A stretch of DNA of 64,000 nucleotides from Thermodesulfobacteriota bacterium (GCA_965216785.1 OZ244197.1:2336001-2400000), one strand, 5' to 3'. Counted from the first letter of the stretch, positions 29,056 to 38,666 are shown. Translations and numbers: made by a program. Notes: generated by a model from the sequence alone, not told the origin.

Positions 29056-29505
29056 CTATATGACCTTGGACTTACTGCTCATTGCCATTGCCAGGTTAAC
29101 GACCTCCGTTGCCACGACCACTATCAGATCATCGACAGATACTATGCCCGTAAGCTTTCCGCCGCTCGTAATGGGCAGCCTTCTCACCGAATGCTCCTGC
29201 AGGATCCTGATTATATCAAACAGATCTGTATCCTCATCAACGCTCACAGGGTCTTTGGTCATAATATCCTCTACAGTGACTTCAGTGGGGTTTATTCTCT
29301 CGGCTATCACTGAAACCACTAAATCCCTGTCTGTAATGATCCCGATGGGTTTAGAGTCTTTGTCTGTAACGACAAGAGCCCCGATATCCTCGTTCCTCAT
29401 TAAATACGCGGCTTCCGAAACGGAATCATAAGAGGAAATAGTGATAACGTTTCTGTGTATTAATTCCTTAAAAGTACTTGAATAATCCTTTGACTTAGCG
29501 TGCAT
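29056..29505 (-). CDS. Stand-alone CBS-pair protein (Hrp1/Rv2626c-like)
   Basis: IGALVV, GIITDRDL, VRRLP, GIVSVDD. Confidence 0.9.
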   Translation of the reverse strand: MHAKSKDYSSTFKELIHRNVITISSYDSVSEAAYLMRNEDIGALVVTDKDSKPIGIITDRDLVVSVIAERINPTEVTVEDIMTKDPVSVDEDTDLFDIIRILQEHSVRRLPITSGGKLTGIVSVDDLIVVVATEVVNLAMAMSSKSKVI

Positions 29506-29546
29506 AACGTACTCCTGCTCGATTTTTTTACTATATATTCTGTAGT

Positions 29547-29562
29547 TGCAACTTAAGTGCCT
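29547..29562 (-). promoter_or_regulatory. Sigma54 promoter for the CBS-USP operon
   Basis: Minus strand AGGCACTTAAGTTGCA = GG-N10-GC. Confidence 0.8.
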
Positions 29563-29634
29563 TCTGGAAACGTTAAAAAATCTTCAATAAAATCAGCTTA
29601 ATCTGATATTCAGATTCAAAATGACAGTGTCTAT

Positions 29635-29650
29635 TGTCAGATTATAAGAC
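29635..29650. promoter_or_regulatory. Enhancer-like site, copy 2 (TGTCAGATTATAAGAC)
   Basis: Exact 16-bp reverse complement of 9228-9243; lies between two divergent sigma54 motifs. Confidence 0.78.
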
Positions 29651-29705
29651 GCTGGTGTGTCTGATGTAGCTATCGAATTTCCTTTTATTCTTAGATTAAA
29701 CGGCT

Positions 29706-29721
29706 TGGCATTTATTTTGCA
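29706..29721 (+). promoter_or_regulatory. Sigma54 promoter for the 80-aa ORF
   Basis: TGGCATTTATTTTGCA = GG-N10-GC. Confidence 0.78.
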
Positions 29722-29780
29722 CTTAAATATAGTAGTCAAAGGGATGTAGTATTGAATATAGGATATTTTAGGAGGCTTCT

Positions 29781-30023
29781 ATGTCTGACTATAACACTTT
29801 GTACCTTATAGACTCTACATATAATTCAGAGCGTGACGCGACAGAGGTAACTTTCGGTTACCTTGAGAAAGAAAAGGAGATAGTTGGCAGGAATATGAAA
29901 GTAAGGGTAATTGTGAGCGTTCCGGGCGGAAAAGATGACATGACCTCCGTAATTAAAGAGGGGTTAAAGAAGGCAAAACACGTACTGAAAACGGCCTCTA
30001 AAGCATCTTATGAGGAAGATTAA
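29781..30023 (+). CDS. Small hypothetical protein (80 aa)
   Basis: AGGAGG RBS, upstream sigma54 motif, fills an intergenic gap. Confidence 0.75.
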   Translation: MSDYNTLYLIDSTYNSERDATEVTFGYLEKEKEIVGRNMKVRVIVSVPGGKDDMTSVIKEGLKKAKHVLKTASKASYEED

Positions 30024-30066
30024 CTATAGGTAGTAACCACTTGTAATAACAATATATTATATGCTT

Positions 30067-31068
30067 TTAAGCTCCCGTAATTATCTCGTCCAGCTCATTT
30101 AACTTTGATATCTCCCCAATTGCTACGAGCGTGTCACCCGCTTGTATCATGCTCTTTGAGCCCGGGTTAAACTCCATCGTGCCGTCTGTTTTTCTTATAG
30201 CCAGTATTATTATTCCCAGGTCACGGCCGATTCCGGATTCAGCAAGTGTGCATCCGCTTAATTTTGATTTCTCAGAGACTGTTACTTCTTCAATTTGAAG
30301 CTCCAAATTCCCTGTTTTAGTGGCGAACTCCAGAAAATCCACAACGGCGGGCTTGAGCACGGTATTTGCGATCCGTATTCCCCCGGTATGATAAGGTGAT
30401 ACGACCCTGTCTGCCCCGGCGCGCAGTATCTTGCGCTCGGCGCTATCGTCACTCGCCCTCGTTACTATGAACAGCTCGGCATTAAGCTCTCTTGCGCTTA
30501 GCACTACAAACAGGTTCTCCGCGTCCGTTGGGAGTACGGCTACCAAACCCTTAGCCCTTTCGATTCCGGCATTCCTGAGCGCTTCCTCGCTGCTCGCGTC
30601 GCCCTCGACAATTAAAAACTCATCCCTGTCAATTTGAGAGACAGGCTCTTTTTCTATTACAAGGGTCTCAATTCCTTTCGCTTTAAACTCTTTAGCAACG
30701 GTCCTTCCCAGCCTGCCGAATCCGCAGATTATGTAATGGGACTTTATCTCGCTTATTCTTTTCTCCAATCTAGACCTCCCTATATACTCCTGAAGCTCTC
30801 CTTCGAGTAAAAGTTTTGCTTCCGTGCTAAGCAGATACAGAATTATACCTACTCCCACTATTAGCAGAACCATGGTGAATATCTGCCCCTCTGAGCTCAA
30901 AGGGTACACTTCACCGTAACCTACGGTAGTAAGGGTGATTACGGTCATGTAGAGGGCGTCAAGAGGGGGCCAGCCCTCAATAACCATATAACCTATCGTA
31001 CCCGCGGCTATTATTAACACTATTAAAACGAGCGCAGAAAATAGCTTGTTCCCAAGTTTAAGAATCAT
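30067..31068 (-). CDS. Potassium channel with RCK (TrkA-N/C) domains
   Basis: TTVGYG filter, ICGFGRLG, C-terminal TrkA-C. Confidence 0.95.
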   Translation of the reverse strand: MILKLGNKLFSALVLIVLIIAAGTIGYMVIEGWPPLDALYMTVITLTTVGYGEVYPLSSEGQIFTMVLLIVGVGIILYLLSTEAKLLLEGELQEYIGRSRLEKRISEIKSHYIICGFGRLGRTVAKEFKAKGIETLVIEKEPVSQIDRDEFLIVEGDASSEEALRNAGIERAKGLVAVLPTDAENLFVVLSARELNAELFIVTRASDDSAERKILRAGADRVVSPYHTGGIRIANTVLKPAVVDFLEFATKTGNLELQIEEVTVSEKSKLSGCTLAESGIGRDLGIIILAIRKTDGTMEFNPGSKSMIQAGDTLVAIGEISKLNELDEIITGA

Positions 31069-31202
31069 AAAAAACTCCGCGGGCTTGCGCCGCCGGGTTT
31101 AATTGTCGGTCTGAGTGTTCTCGAGCGATGTTTGAGTGTTGCAATCAAAATTTAAACCGCGTCTATGCACAATGCTTTTTAAATTTTTAGTGCCCGATAA
31201 TG

Positions 31203-32072
31203 TTAAGACGGTCTTACGGCAATGACCGCGCAAGACGCTTCCTGTACGACCCTTTCGGTGACGCTCCCTATGAACTCTTCCCTCCTGAACTCACCGCCGC
31301 CGTAAGTATTCAATACTACAAGGTCTATATCCTTTTCCTGTATGAATTTAAGTATTCCCAAAAGAGCGTTCTTAGCTGTATTGACTACAGTAGTAACTTT
31401 ATCCGCCATATCGGCTTCGTTTATCTGCTGTGTAAGCTTGCTATACGCGTTACCTCTGAGCCTCTCAACTACTTCGGGCGGGAATTTCCTGTCGCCGATC
31501 TCAACAATATTCAGGCTGAATATCTCGGCGCCGCTGAGCTCTGAAAAATCAAGGGCAAAGCGCAGGTCCGTGGAATTTATGTTATATAGGTCCGTAGGTA
31601 CGAGAAGACGTTTTATATTAATACTTTCCACATCCTTTTTCGCAATGAGCACTGGTACGGGTGATCGTCTGAGCACCTTTAGAGCAGTTGCGCCCAATAT
31701 GGCTTTGTCGTCCGCTCTGCCTTTCCCGATTACTATTAGGTCCGCTTTAACTTCCTCAGCGGTCTTTATAATCTCTGAGTGGGGGGCGCCCTGGGATATT
31801 CTCGAGCTGAATGATATTCCTTTTTCGTTTGCCACGTCGGCAATCCCGCTCAGCCTGTCGCTTTCTTTCGATTCGGTCTCCTTAATCCACTCCGCCAGCA
31901 TATCGAGCTCTTGTGAAGGAAATTCCTCTAGCACGGGCACTTCATAGTAGTCGGGTATGACGTACAGTCCCACTATCTCAGCGTTTAAGCTCTTTGCAAA
32001 ATATTCAGCGTATTGAAGGGCAAAACCGGCATCCTCAGAATTGTCACAAGCCCAAAGTATTTTATCTATCAA
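31203..32072 (-). CDS. Tandem-domain universal stress protein
   Basis: KILWACD, DLIVIG, IGSVTERVV. Confidence 0.9.
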   Translation of the reverse strand: MIDKILWACDNSEDAGFALQYAEYFAKSLNAEIVGLYVIPDYYEVPVLEEFPSQELDMLAEWIKETESKESDRLSGIADVANEKGISFSSRISQGAPHSEIIKTAEEVKADLIVIGKGRADDKAILGATALKVLRRSPVPVLIAKKDVESINIKRLLVPTDLYNINSTDLRFALDFSELSGAEIFSLNIVEIGDRKFPPEVVERLRGNAYSKLTQQINEADMADKVTTVVNTAKNALLGILKFIQEKDIDLVVLNTYGGGEFRREEFIGSVTERVVQEASCAVIAVRPS

Positions 32073-32226
32073 CAGTAGTCTCCTTAAGTTAATTCCACCA
32101 TTTGGTGGAAATATTCTAATCTATCAGATGAAATTATAAATACTTGGTTGCTCTGAATTGGCAAACTCGTGAATTTCATGCGTATATTAACCATCTGTGT
32201 AAATTCTCAGAAGTAATAGTCCTGAT

Positions 32227-33129
32227 TTATTTTACTGCCAACACTGAGCAGGGCGATTCCTGTATGATCTTTTCAGTTTCACTTCCGTATATGAGTCTGC
32301 TTACCCCTTTGCGACCGTGAGTTTTAACGACCGTCAAATCGATCTGGTTCTTTTCGGCAAATTCCCTGAGCACGTAACTGGGGCTGATGCCGTGAAGGAC
32401 CTGGCTCTTAATCTCCACGCCCGGCTCTTTAGCTTCAGGCGTATCTTTTGAACCCGATTCGGCTGCCACTATACGGGCAAGCTCGGTCTTGGAGCGCTCA
32501 ATAAGCTCGTCTACCAGACCGGGCGGTATCTCATAAGCCGTGCCGTCAAGCCAGAACACATAAACCGCGATAACTTCAGCGCCCACTTTATCCGCAAGGG
32601 CAAGCGCTTCTGGGAGCGCTGAAACCGAGATGTCTGATATATCCACGGGAACCATTATCTTTTTTATATCCGTACTGTATGTATCGCCTTTACTCCTTAC
32701 GGCCAATACGGGAGCATTTATTTGCCTCAATACCTTGACAGTGTTGCTGCCGATAAGCGTGCTGCTTAGAAACCCCTGTCCCTTCTTACCCATCACAATA
32801 AGATCCGCCCCTTCTATGTCGGCGGTTTCTATTATCCCCTCCACGGTGCCGTCCCTGATTATCGTAGAGCTAAAGGGTATACCTTTTTCCTTGAACTTCT
32901 CCGATACCTCGTCAAACCTTTGCTTAAAGCTATTCTCTGTTTTTTCAGCGATTTCTAAAATCGCGTCTTCGTATACCGGCAGAAGAGATGTCAGAGGGAA
33001 ATGAATCTCACTTACGTACAGAGCCGTTACTGAAGCCTTAAAAACATCTGCCAGGTATAGTGCAGAATCAAGCGCTTTGTCCGACTCTTCAGAGCCGTCT
33101 GTAGCCAGGAGTATCTTCTTTATATCCAT
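32227..33129 (-). CDS. Tandem-domain universal stress protein
   Basis: MDIKKILLATDGS (start moved to 33129), DLIVMG, GSETEKII..SPCSVL. Confidence 0.92.
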   Translation of the reverse strand: MDIKKILLATDGSEESDKALDSALYLADVFKASVTALYVSEIHFPLTSLLPVYEDAILEIAEKTENSFKQRFDEVSEKFKEKGIPFSSTIIRDGTVEGIIETADIEGADLIVMGKKGQGFLSSTLIGSNTVKVLRQINAPVLAVRSKGDTYSTDIKKIMVPVDISDISVSALPEALALADKVGAEVIAVYVFWLDGTAYEIPPGLVDELIERSKTELARIVAAESGSKDTPEAKEPGVEIKSQVLHGISPSYVLREFAEKNQIDLTVVKTHGRKGVSRLIYGSETEKIIQESPCSVLAVK

Positions 33130-33134
33130 ATCTA

Positions 33135-33998
33135 TCAAGGGCTGAGCGTTATTACGGGACAAGGTGCTTCCTGAATCACCTTTTCTGTCGTGCTCCCTAT
33201 AAACTCTTCTCTTATTTTCGTTCCGCCGTACGTCATCACAACTATCAGGTCTATGTCGTTTTTCTCCGCGAACTCTATTATACCACGCCATCCGCTTCCT
33301 GAGGCTATGGAATGGAGCTCAGTGTTCTCAGGTATTTTTGTAGCCCCTATGGTTTCCACAAGGTCTCTAAGCGCAAAGCCCTTTAACTGCTCCTGGATTT
33401 CCAGCGGTACGCTAAGGTTCCCGAGCTCTACTACATTGAGCACGTGCAGCTCTCCCCCGAAATCCTCTGCCATCCCGAGCGCGTATTCGTAGTTACCGGA
33501 CAGCCCGTGCATAACGGCAATCGGAGCGAGAATCTTCTTGAACTCCCCCTTTGATTTCGTCTCTAAGGCCGTAAGCACCGGTAGTCGAGTGCCTCTTATT
33601 ACCTTCAGGGCAGTTCCGCCTAGTACGAACCTCTCCAAAATCCTGCCTCGCCCAAGAGATATCAAATCCGCGTTTTCTTTCTCCGCGTACTCTATAATCT
33701 CCTCATGGGGGATTCCCTTAACTACATCAAAACCGAACTTGATTCCCTTTCTCTCTAACTCTTTTGCCAGGCTTTGCATAGACTCCCGCTCCTTGTTCGC
33801 GAGAGTATTATCCATCCACTCAAGAAAACTGTCCTTTTCCTTTTGTGTGAAGTTATTGACGACTGAATAGTATATGGGCAGTACGGACAAACCCATCAAG
33901 GCCGCGTCATACTTTAACGACAGTTTCTCGGCAAGTGCGAGCGCCTCAAGGGAATCGTTTGAACCATCCGTTGCCCAGATTATTTTATTTAAAGTCAT
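33135..33998 (-). CDS. Tandem-domain universal stress protein
   Basis: KIIWATDGS, IGSTTEKVI..APCPV; close paralog of 31203-32072 (shared TYGG...REEFIGS). Confidence 0.92.
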   Translation of the reverse strand: MTLNKIIWATDGSNDSLEALALAEKLSLKYDAALMGLSVLPIYYSVVNNFTQKEKDSFLEWMDNTLANKERESMQSLAKELERKGIKFGFDVVKGIPHEEIIEYAEKENADLISLGRGRILERFVLGGTALKVIRGTRLPVLTALETKSKGEFKKILAPIAVMHGLSGNYEYALGMAEDFGGELHVLNVVELGNLSVPLEIQEQLKGFALRDLVETIGATKIPENTELHSIASGSGWRGIIEFAEKNDIDLIVVMTYGGTKIREEFIGSTTEKVIQEAPCPVITLSP

Positions 33999-34117
33999 AT
34001 GGCTGCCCTCCGTTAACTATTTTATTCCTGCCCCGGCATCGCTGTGAAGCGCTCGCCTCTGTCCCCATTCCCGCTTTATTAATAACCGGATCGTGCTTTG
34101 CACTCCCGGCTGCCCCA

Positions 34118-34573
34118 TTAACTAACCTCTACCTTAATGTCTTTGGGCTTAGACTCCGCTGCCTTTGGCATATGAATCTCCAGAACGCCGTCTTTAAATG
34201 TGGCTTTAACCTTCTTCTCGTTTACCTTGGCTGGCAGATTGAGCACCCTCATAAAGCTCCCGAAAGACCTCTCGGAATAGTAGTAATCTTCCTCCTTGGT
34301 CTCTTCTTCCTTTTTCATCTCACCCTTAATCGTGAGCATGTTGTCTGAAATAGAAATATTCAGATTTTCCTTATCTACCCCGGGAACCTCGGCCTTAACA
34401 ACGATCTCGTTCTTGTTGTCGTACATATCTACAGCGGGAGATGACTCTCCGAACTGAGCAAACGCTCTTAGCGAGGGGAACCTTCTTGCCATACCGCCCG
34501 ATATTGTCTCATCGAACAGATCGTGAAAAAACCTTTCCATATTTTCTCTTGGTGTCCATCTTTTAAGTGCCAT
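34118..34573 (-). CDS. Hsp20 / alpha-crystallin small heat shock protein
   Basis: PAVDMY, AEVPGV, ERSFGSF.R...LP, A.FKDGVLEI..PK. Confidence 0.96.
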   Translation of the reverse strand: MALKRWTPRENMERFFHDLFDETISGGMARRFPSLRAFAQFGESSPAVDMYDNKNEIVVKAEVPGVDKENLNISISDNMLTIKGEMKKEEETKEEDYYYSERSFGSFMRVLNLPAKVNEKKVKATFKDGVLEIHMPKAAESKPKDIKVEVS

Positions 34574-34614
34574 AATACCTACCTCCTTAAAATTGGTTTT
34601 ATATTAATATTTAT

Positions 34615-34630
34615 TACAAGTAACGTGCCA
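34615..34630 (-). promoter_or_regulatory. Sigma54 promoter for the hsp20-USP operon
   Basis: Minus strand TGGCACGTTACTTGTA (perfect -24 box, GT variant at -12). Confidence 0.72.
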
Positions 34631-34700
34631 TATGCATAGCGTTCATATACACTGCTATAATAGATTCCTAATAGAATTATTACGCTCTACACATGTCGTG

Positions 34701-34717
34701 TGTCAGATAATAAGACA
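34701..34717. promoter_or_regulatory. Enhancer-like site, copy 3 (TGTCAGATAATAAGACA)
   Basis: One mismatch in 17 bp to the reverse complement of copy 1. Confidence 0.75.
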
Positions 34718-34815
34718 GTGCAGGATCGTAAAATTTATTCAATTTCAAAGAAAAGCCTTGAAAAGGATCTATTTTTATTCTATGAAATGTATGTAATGGG
34801 GGTTTCGAAAAGACT

Positions 34816-35844
34816 ATGAAAGCCATGCTGCTAAAGCGTGTATCGGATCTTAGATCTGAAAGTAACCCGCTTGATCTCTCAGACGTGCCCGTGCCCGAGC
34901 CGGGGGAAGGGGAGATACTTATTCGCGTAAAAGCTTCGGGCGTTTGCCACACTGAGCTCGACGAGATTGAAGGCAGGACCCCTCCGCCTCACTACCCGGT
35001 AATCCCCGGGCACCAGGTTGTGGGTACGGTTGAAGAGACGGGGCCAAACGCGGTTGCTCACGCTTTTGGAGACAGGGTTGGGGTAGCGTGGATTTATTCC
35101 TCGTGCGGTGTGTGCAGCTACTGCCGTGAGGGGAACAACAATCTATGCCCCGAGTTTATGGCCACAGGCCGAGACGCGGACGGTGGTTATGCGGAGTATC
35201 TGAAGGTACATGAAGAATACGCCTATAAGATTCCGGATACACTCGGCGACTCAGAGGCGGCCCCGCTCCTATGCGCTGGAGCTGTAGGGTACCGCGCTCT
35301 CAGGCTCACCGGTATTGCGGACGGGCAATCCCTTGGGCTTACGGGGTTTGGAGCGTCTGGTCATCTTGTGCTCAAGCTTGTAAAGAACATGTTCCCGGCA
35401 ACACCCGTATACGTGTTCGCGAGGAGCGGCACCGAGAGGGAGTTTGCAATTGAGCTTGGGGCAGATTGGGCAGGTGACGCCGAGGAATACTCACCCGAGA
35501 AGCTGGACGCAGTTATCGACACAACTCCTGTATGGAAGCCGGTAGTTGAAGCGCTCAAACAGATAAAGCCCGGCGGTAGAATGGTGATAAACGCGATAAG
35601 AAAAGAGGATGTAGATAAAGATTATCTCTTGAACCTAAGTTACCACGAGCATATGTGGATGGAAAAGGAGATTAAGTCCGTAGCGAACGTAAGCCCAAGA
35701 GACGTAAGAGAGTTCCTAAAGCTCGCGGGAGAAATACCCATAAGGTCCAAGGTGGAGGAATATGCACTTGAAGATGCAAATAGGGCGCTCACGGAGCTAA
35801 AAAAAGGTAATATAAAGGGTGCTAAGGTATTAAAACTGGTATAA
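34816..35844 (+). CDS. Zinc-dependent alcohol dehydrogenase family
   Basis: GVCHT, PGHQVVG, CGVCSYC..G..NLC, APLLCAG, GFGASG. Confidence 0.95.
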   Translation: MKAMLLKRVSDLRSESNPLDLSDVPVPEPGEGEILIRVKASGVCHTELDEIEGRTPPPHYPVIPGHQVVGTVEETGPNAVAHAFGDRVGVAWIYSSCGVCSYCREGNNNLCPEFMATGRDADGGYAEYLKVHEEYAYKIPDTLGDSEAAPLLCAGAVGYRALRLTGIADGQSLGLTGFGASGHLVLKLVKNMFPATPVYVFARSGTEREFAIELGADWAGDAEEYSPEKLDAVIDTTPVWKPVVEALKQIKPGGRMVINAIRKEDVDKDYLLNLSYHEHMWMEKEIKSVANVSPRDVREFLKLAGEIPIRSKVEEYALEDANRALTELKKGNIKGAKVLKLV

Positions 35845-35879
35845 TATCGTGCATTAAGGGTTCCGAAGGGGCTATTTAC

Positions 35880-37430
35880 TTGGAAAAAACAGAATATTAC
35901 GAGCTTGGGGATGTAATTGAGAAAAAAGACCTGAGCTCGCGTATATCTAACGAATTTACAGCTATTTTTGAGAAAAGCGTCAAACAAAAAAAGCGCTATT
36001 TAGACACTTTTGACTTCAGATTGTGCGGCGACGGTGTTTATCTGCTGTGCGATAGCAACTCTTTTATCCTCCACAACTCTCATTTCAATAAACCTATAGC
36101 TGAGCTACCCTCGGAAGGGAAAAAGGACCCTCACTTCTGGTGGGAGCTTCCGAGCTGCTCGTTAAAAAACGAATTAAAAAAGCGTATAGACGTCAGGGCG
36201 CTTTTGCCGATTATAGAGGTCGAGAAAACATCAACCCCCGTACGCATACTTAACGAGGATGAAAAGACCGTTATAATCCTGACGATAGAGGAAATAAAAG
36301 CGGGTGGCGATAGCGGCGGCAAAATTACTCACATATGCCTTAAACCCCTAAGGGGATACGGGAAAGAGCTTTCAGAGTTTAAAAGCTATCTTACTGGGCT
36401 CAGACTCAAGGAGTCAGAGGGCGATTACCTAAAGACACTGCTGATATCAATCGGTAAAAACCCAAAAGACTTTTCTTCAAAGCTGAAAATAAGCCTTACG
36501 CCCGAGCTCTCATCCCTGGAAGCTCTAAAGATTATAATGACTACGCTTCTGCGCACGATTAAGTTAAACGAGGAAGGTATCTTAAAGGATATAGATATAG
36601 AGTTCCTCCATGATTTCAGGGTGGCCGTCAGAAGGACGCGCTCTGCGCTCTCTCAAATAAAAGGCGTATTCCCCGAGCAGGATACAGAGCATTTTAAAGA
36701 AAGGTTCTCAAGACTCGGCAAGGCGACAAACCTTCTCCGAGACCTAGATATATATCTTCTAGACAAAGACCGCTACAGGGCCATGCTTCCGGAAGAGCTG
36801 AGTCCGGGGCTGGAGCAAATGTTCTCGATATTTGTAGAGCAGAGAAAAAAGGCCCACAGAGATATTGTTAAGTTTATTAAATCCAAAGAGTATAAAGATG
36901 TCATAGAGTCCTGGGACAAATTCCTAAGCGAAACAGGGGACGTTTCCTCGACCCCCAATTCCGCAGTTCCGGTCACCGAGCTTGCGGGCCGTATAATAAA
37001 AAAGAAGTACAAGAGGATAGTAAGAGACGGCTCACGCATAACCGATGCGACCCCAGACTCTGAGCTTCATAAACTCAGGATAGAATGTAAAAAGCTTAGG
37101 TACATGATCGAGTTCTTCTCTTCCCTTTATCCGGCAGAGGAAATCAAGTCACTGGTAAAACATCTGAAAATCCTCCAGGACAACCTGGGAGAGTTTAACG
37201 ATCTTTCGGTCCAGCGCGAAAGCCTAAAGGCGTTTGTCGACAAGCTTGACCCTTCGGACGAAAAACACAGGGAATCCATAGTCTCTTCAGGAGGGCTGAT
37301 CTCCGTTCTTTATGAGCGGCAAAGGGAGGTTCGCTCCGAGTTCACGGAAAAATTTAACGAGTTTCAGGACAAAGAGACAAAATCCATATTCAAAAAACTA
37401 TTTCATGTTAAGCCGGAGCGGGCGTCTTGA
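35880..37430 (+). CDS. CHAD-domain protein with degenerate N-terminal CYTH-like region
   Basis: YLDTFDFRL; LHDFRVAVRR.RS, RDLD, LHKLRIECKKLRY, LQDNLG.FND. Confidence 0.9.
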   Translation: MEKTEYYELGDVIEKKDLSSRISNEFTAIFEKSVKQKKRYLDTFDFRLCGDGVYLLCDSNSFILHNSHFNKPIAELPSEGKKDPHFWWELPSCSLKNELKKRIDVRALLPIIEVEKTSTPVRILNEDEKTVIILTIEEIKAGGDSGGKITHICLKPLRGYGKELSEFKSYLTGLRLKESEGDYLKTLLISIGKNPKDFSSKLKISLTPELSSLEALKIIMTTLLRTIKLNEEGILKDIDIEFLHDFRVAVRRTRSALSQIKGVFPEQDTEHFKERFSRLGKATNLLRDLDIYLLDKDRYRAMLPEELSPGLEQMFSIFVEQRKKAHRDIVKFIKSKEYKDVIESWDKFLSETGDVSSTPNSAVPVTELAGRIIKKKYKRIVRDGSRITDATPDSELHKLRIECKKLRYMIEFFSSLYPAEEIKSLVKHLKILQDNLGEFNDLSVQRESLKAFVDKLDPSDEKHRESIVSSGGLISVLYERQREVRSEFTEKFNEFQDKETKSIFKKLFHVKPERAS

Positions 37431-38170
37431 AAACCCTGGCCATGTACAGCATGAAAGGAGGGGTGGGTAAAACGGCAGCCGCCGTAAACCTCTCTTACAT
37501 CGCGGCGCAGGAAGGAGCCCGTACTCTCCTTTGCGACCTCGACCCTCAAGGCGCGTCATCCTATTACTTCCGCATTCGGGCGTCCCGTAACTTCAACTCT
37601 TCTAAATTCATCAAAGGCGGAAGGAATATAGATAGGAACATAAAGGGCACAGACTACCCGAACCTCGACCTCCTTCCATCAAAGCTCTCTTATAGAAATC
37701 TAGACATCGCGCTTGATTCCCTGAAGAATTCCAAAAGCCGCCTACGCAAGATATTCAAACTCATAAAGCACGAGTACGACTATCTGTTCCTTGACTGTCC
37801 TCCCGGCATCTCGCTCGTTTCGGAGAACGTGTTCGAGGCCTCAAGCCTTATTGTGGTACCGCTCATCCCCACCACTCTGTCCGTACTTACCTACGAGAAG
37901 CTGCGGAAATTTCTCAAGAATAACGACATAGACCGCGGTAAGCTCTTTACGTTTTTCTCTATGGTCGAAAAGCGAAAGAGCCTCCATCAGGAGATGATAG
38001 AAAAAATAAGACAGGAAGAAAAGAACATCCTAATCAGCCAAATACCATACCGCTCCGAGATCGAGAGGATGGGGATCGACAGAGCGCCTGTCGCGGCCAC
38101 TCACCCAAACTCCGCCTCTACGGAGGCTTACACTGATCTCTGGGAAGAGATAAAGAATCATATACCTTAA
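37427..38170 (+). CDS. ParA/MinD-family ATPase
   Basis: Deviant Walker A KGGVGKT, DLDPQG, DCPP; overlaps the CHAD stop. Confidence 0.93.
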   Translation: MKTLAMYSMKGGVGKTAAAVNLSYIAAQEGARTLLCDLDPQGASSYYFRIRASRNFNSSKFIKGGRNIDRNIKGTDYPNLDLLPSKLSYRNLDIALDSLKNSKSRLRKIFKLIKHEYDYLFLDCPPGISLVSENVFEASSLIVVPLIPTTLSVLTYEKLRKFLKNNDIDRGKLFTFFSMVEKRKSLHQEMIEKIRQEEKNILISQIPYRSEIERMGIDRAPVAATHPNSASTEAYTDLWEEIKNHIP

Positions 38171-38182
38171 ACACATCTCCAA

Positions 38183-38644
38183 ATGAATATTGAGATCGAA
38201 AGAAAATACCTAGTCAAGCACCCCCCGGGCCTTGAGAACTTTTCATCAGAGGAGATATTGCAGGGCTATTTACTCATTACCGATGAAAAAGAGATACGCA
38301 TACGGAAAAAGGGTAATAAATATTATCAAGCCGTAAAAGTGGGCCAGGGCCTTAAGCGTCAGGAGATTGAAAGAGAGATCGGGATGTTCCAGTTCGAGGA
38401 GCATTGGCCCGAGACAGAGGGCAGGCGCATCGAGAAAAGGCGCTATATGATTTACTACGACGCCGTGTTGATTGAGCTAGACGTTTACTCAGGTGAATTA
38501 ACCGGACTCATCACTGCCGAGGTCGAATTTAAGAGCGAAGAAGACAGCATGCTATTCGAGCCGCCCCCGTGGTTCGGCCCCGAAGTCACGCACGACGACC
38601 GCTACAAGAATAAAAACCTGGCCGTGTTCGGAATGCCTGGTTGA
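38183..38644 (+). CDS. CYTH-domain (triphosphate tunnel) protein
   Basis: EIERKY, QGYL, RIR, IEKRR, AEVEF, W.G.EVT.D.RY.N. Confidence 0.93.
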   Translation: MNIEIERKYLVKHPPGLENFSSEEILQGYLLITDEKEIRIRKKGNKYYQAVKVGQGLKRQEIEREIGMFQFEEHWPETEGRRIEKRRYMIYYDAVLIELDVYSGELTGLITAEVEFKSEEDSMLFEPPPWFGPEVTHDDRYKNKNLAVFGMPG

Positions 38645-38666
38645 GTTGGTTATAGAGTGTTTGTAT

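Noticed and set aside
31069-31202. c-di-AMP riboswitch upstream of the K+ channel
   Set aside because: None of the conserved ydaO segments recognisable
33999-34117. GC-rich spacer between hsp20 and USP with GGGCAGCC at both ends
   Set aside because: 8-bp repeat could be chance; no convincing structure
37427-38170. ParA as evidence for a plasmid or chromosome partition locus
   Set aside because: No parB, parS or rep gene; flanked by chromosomal genes
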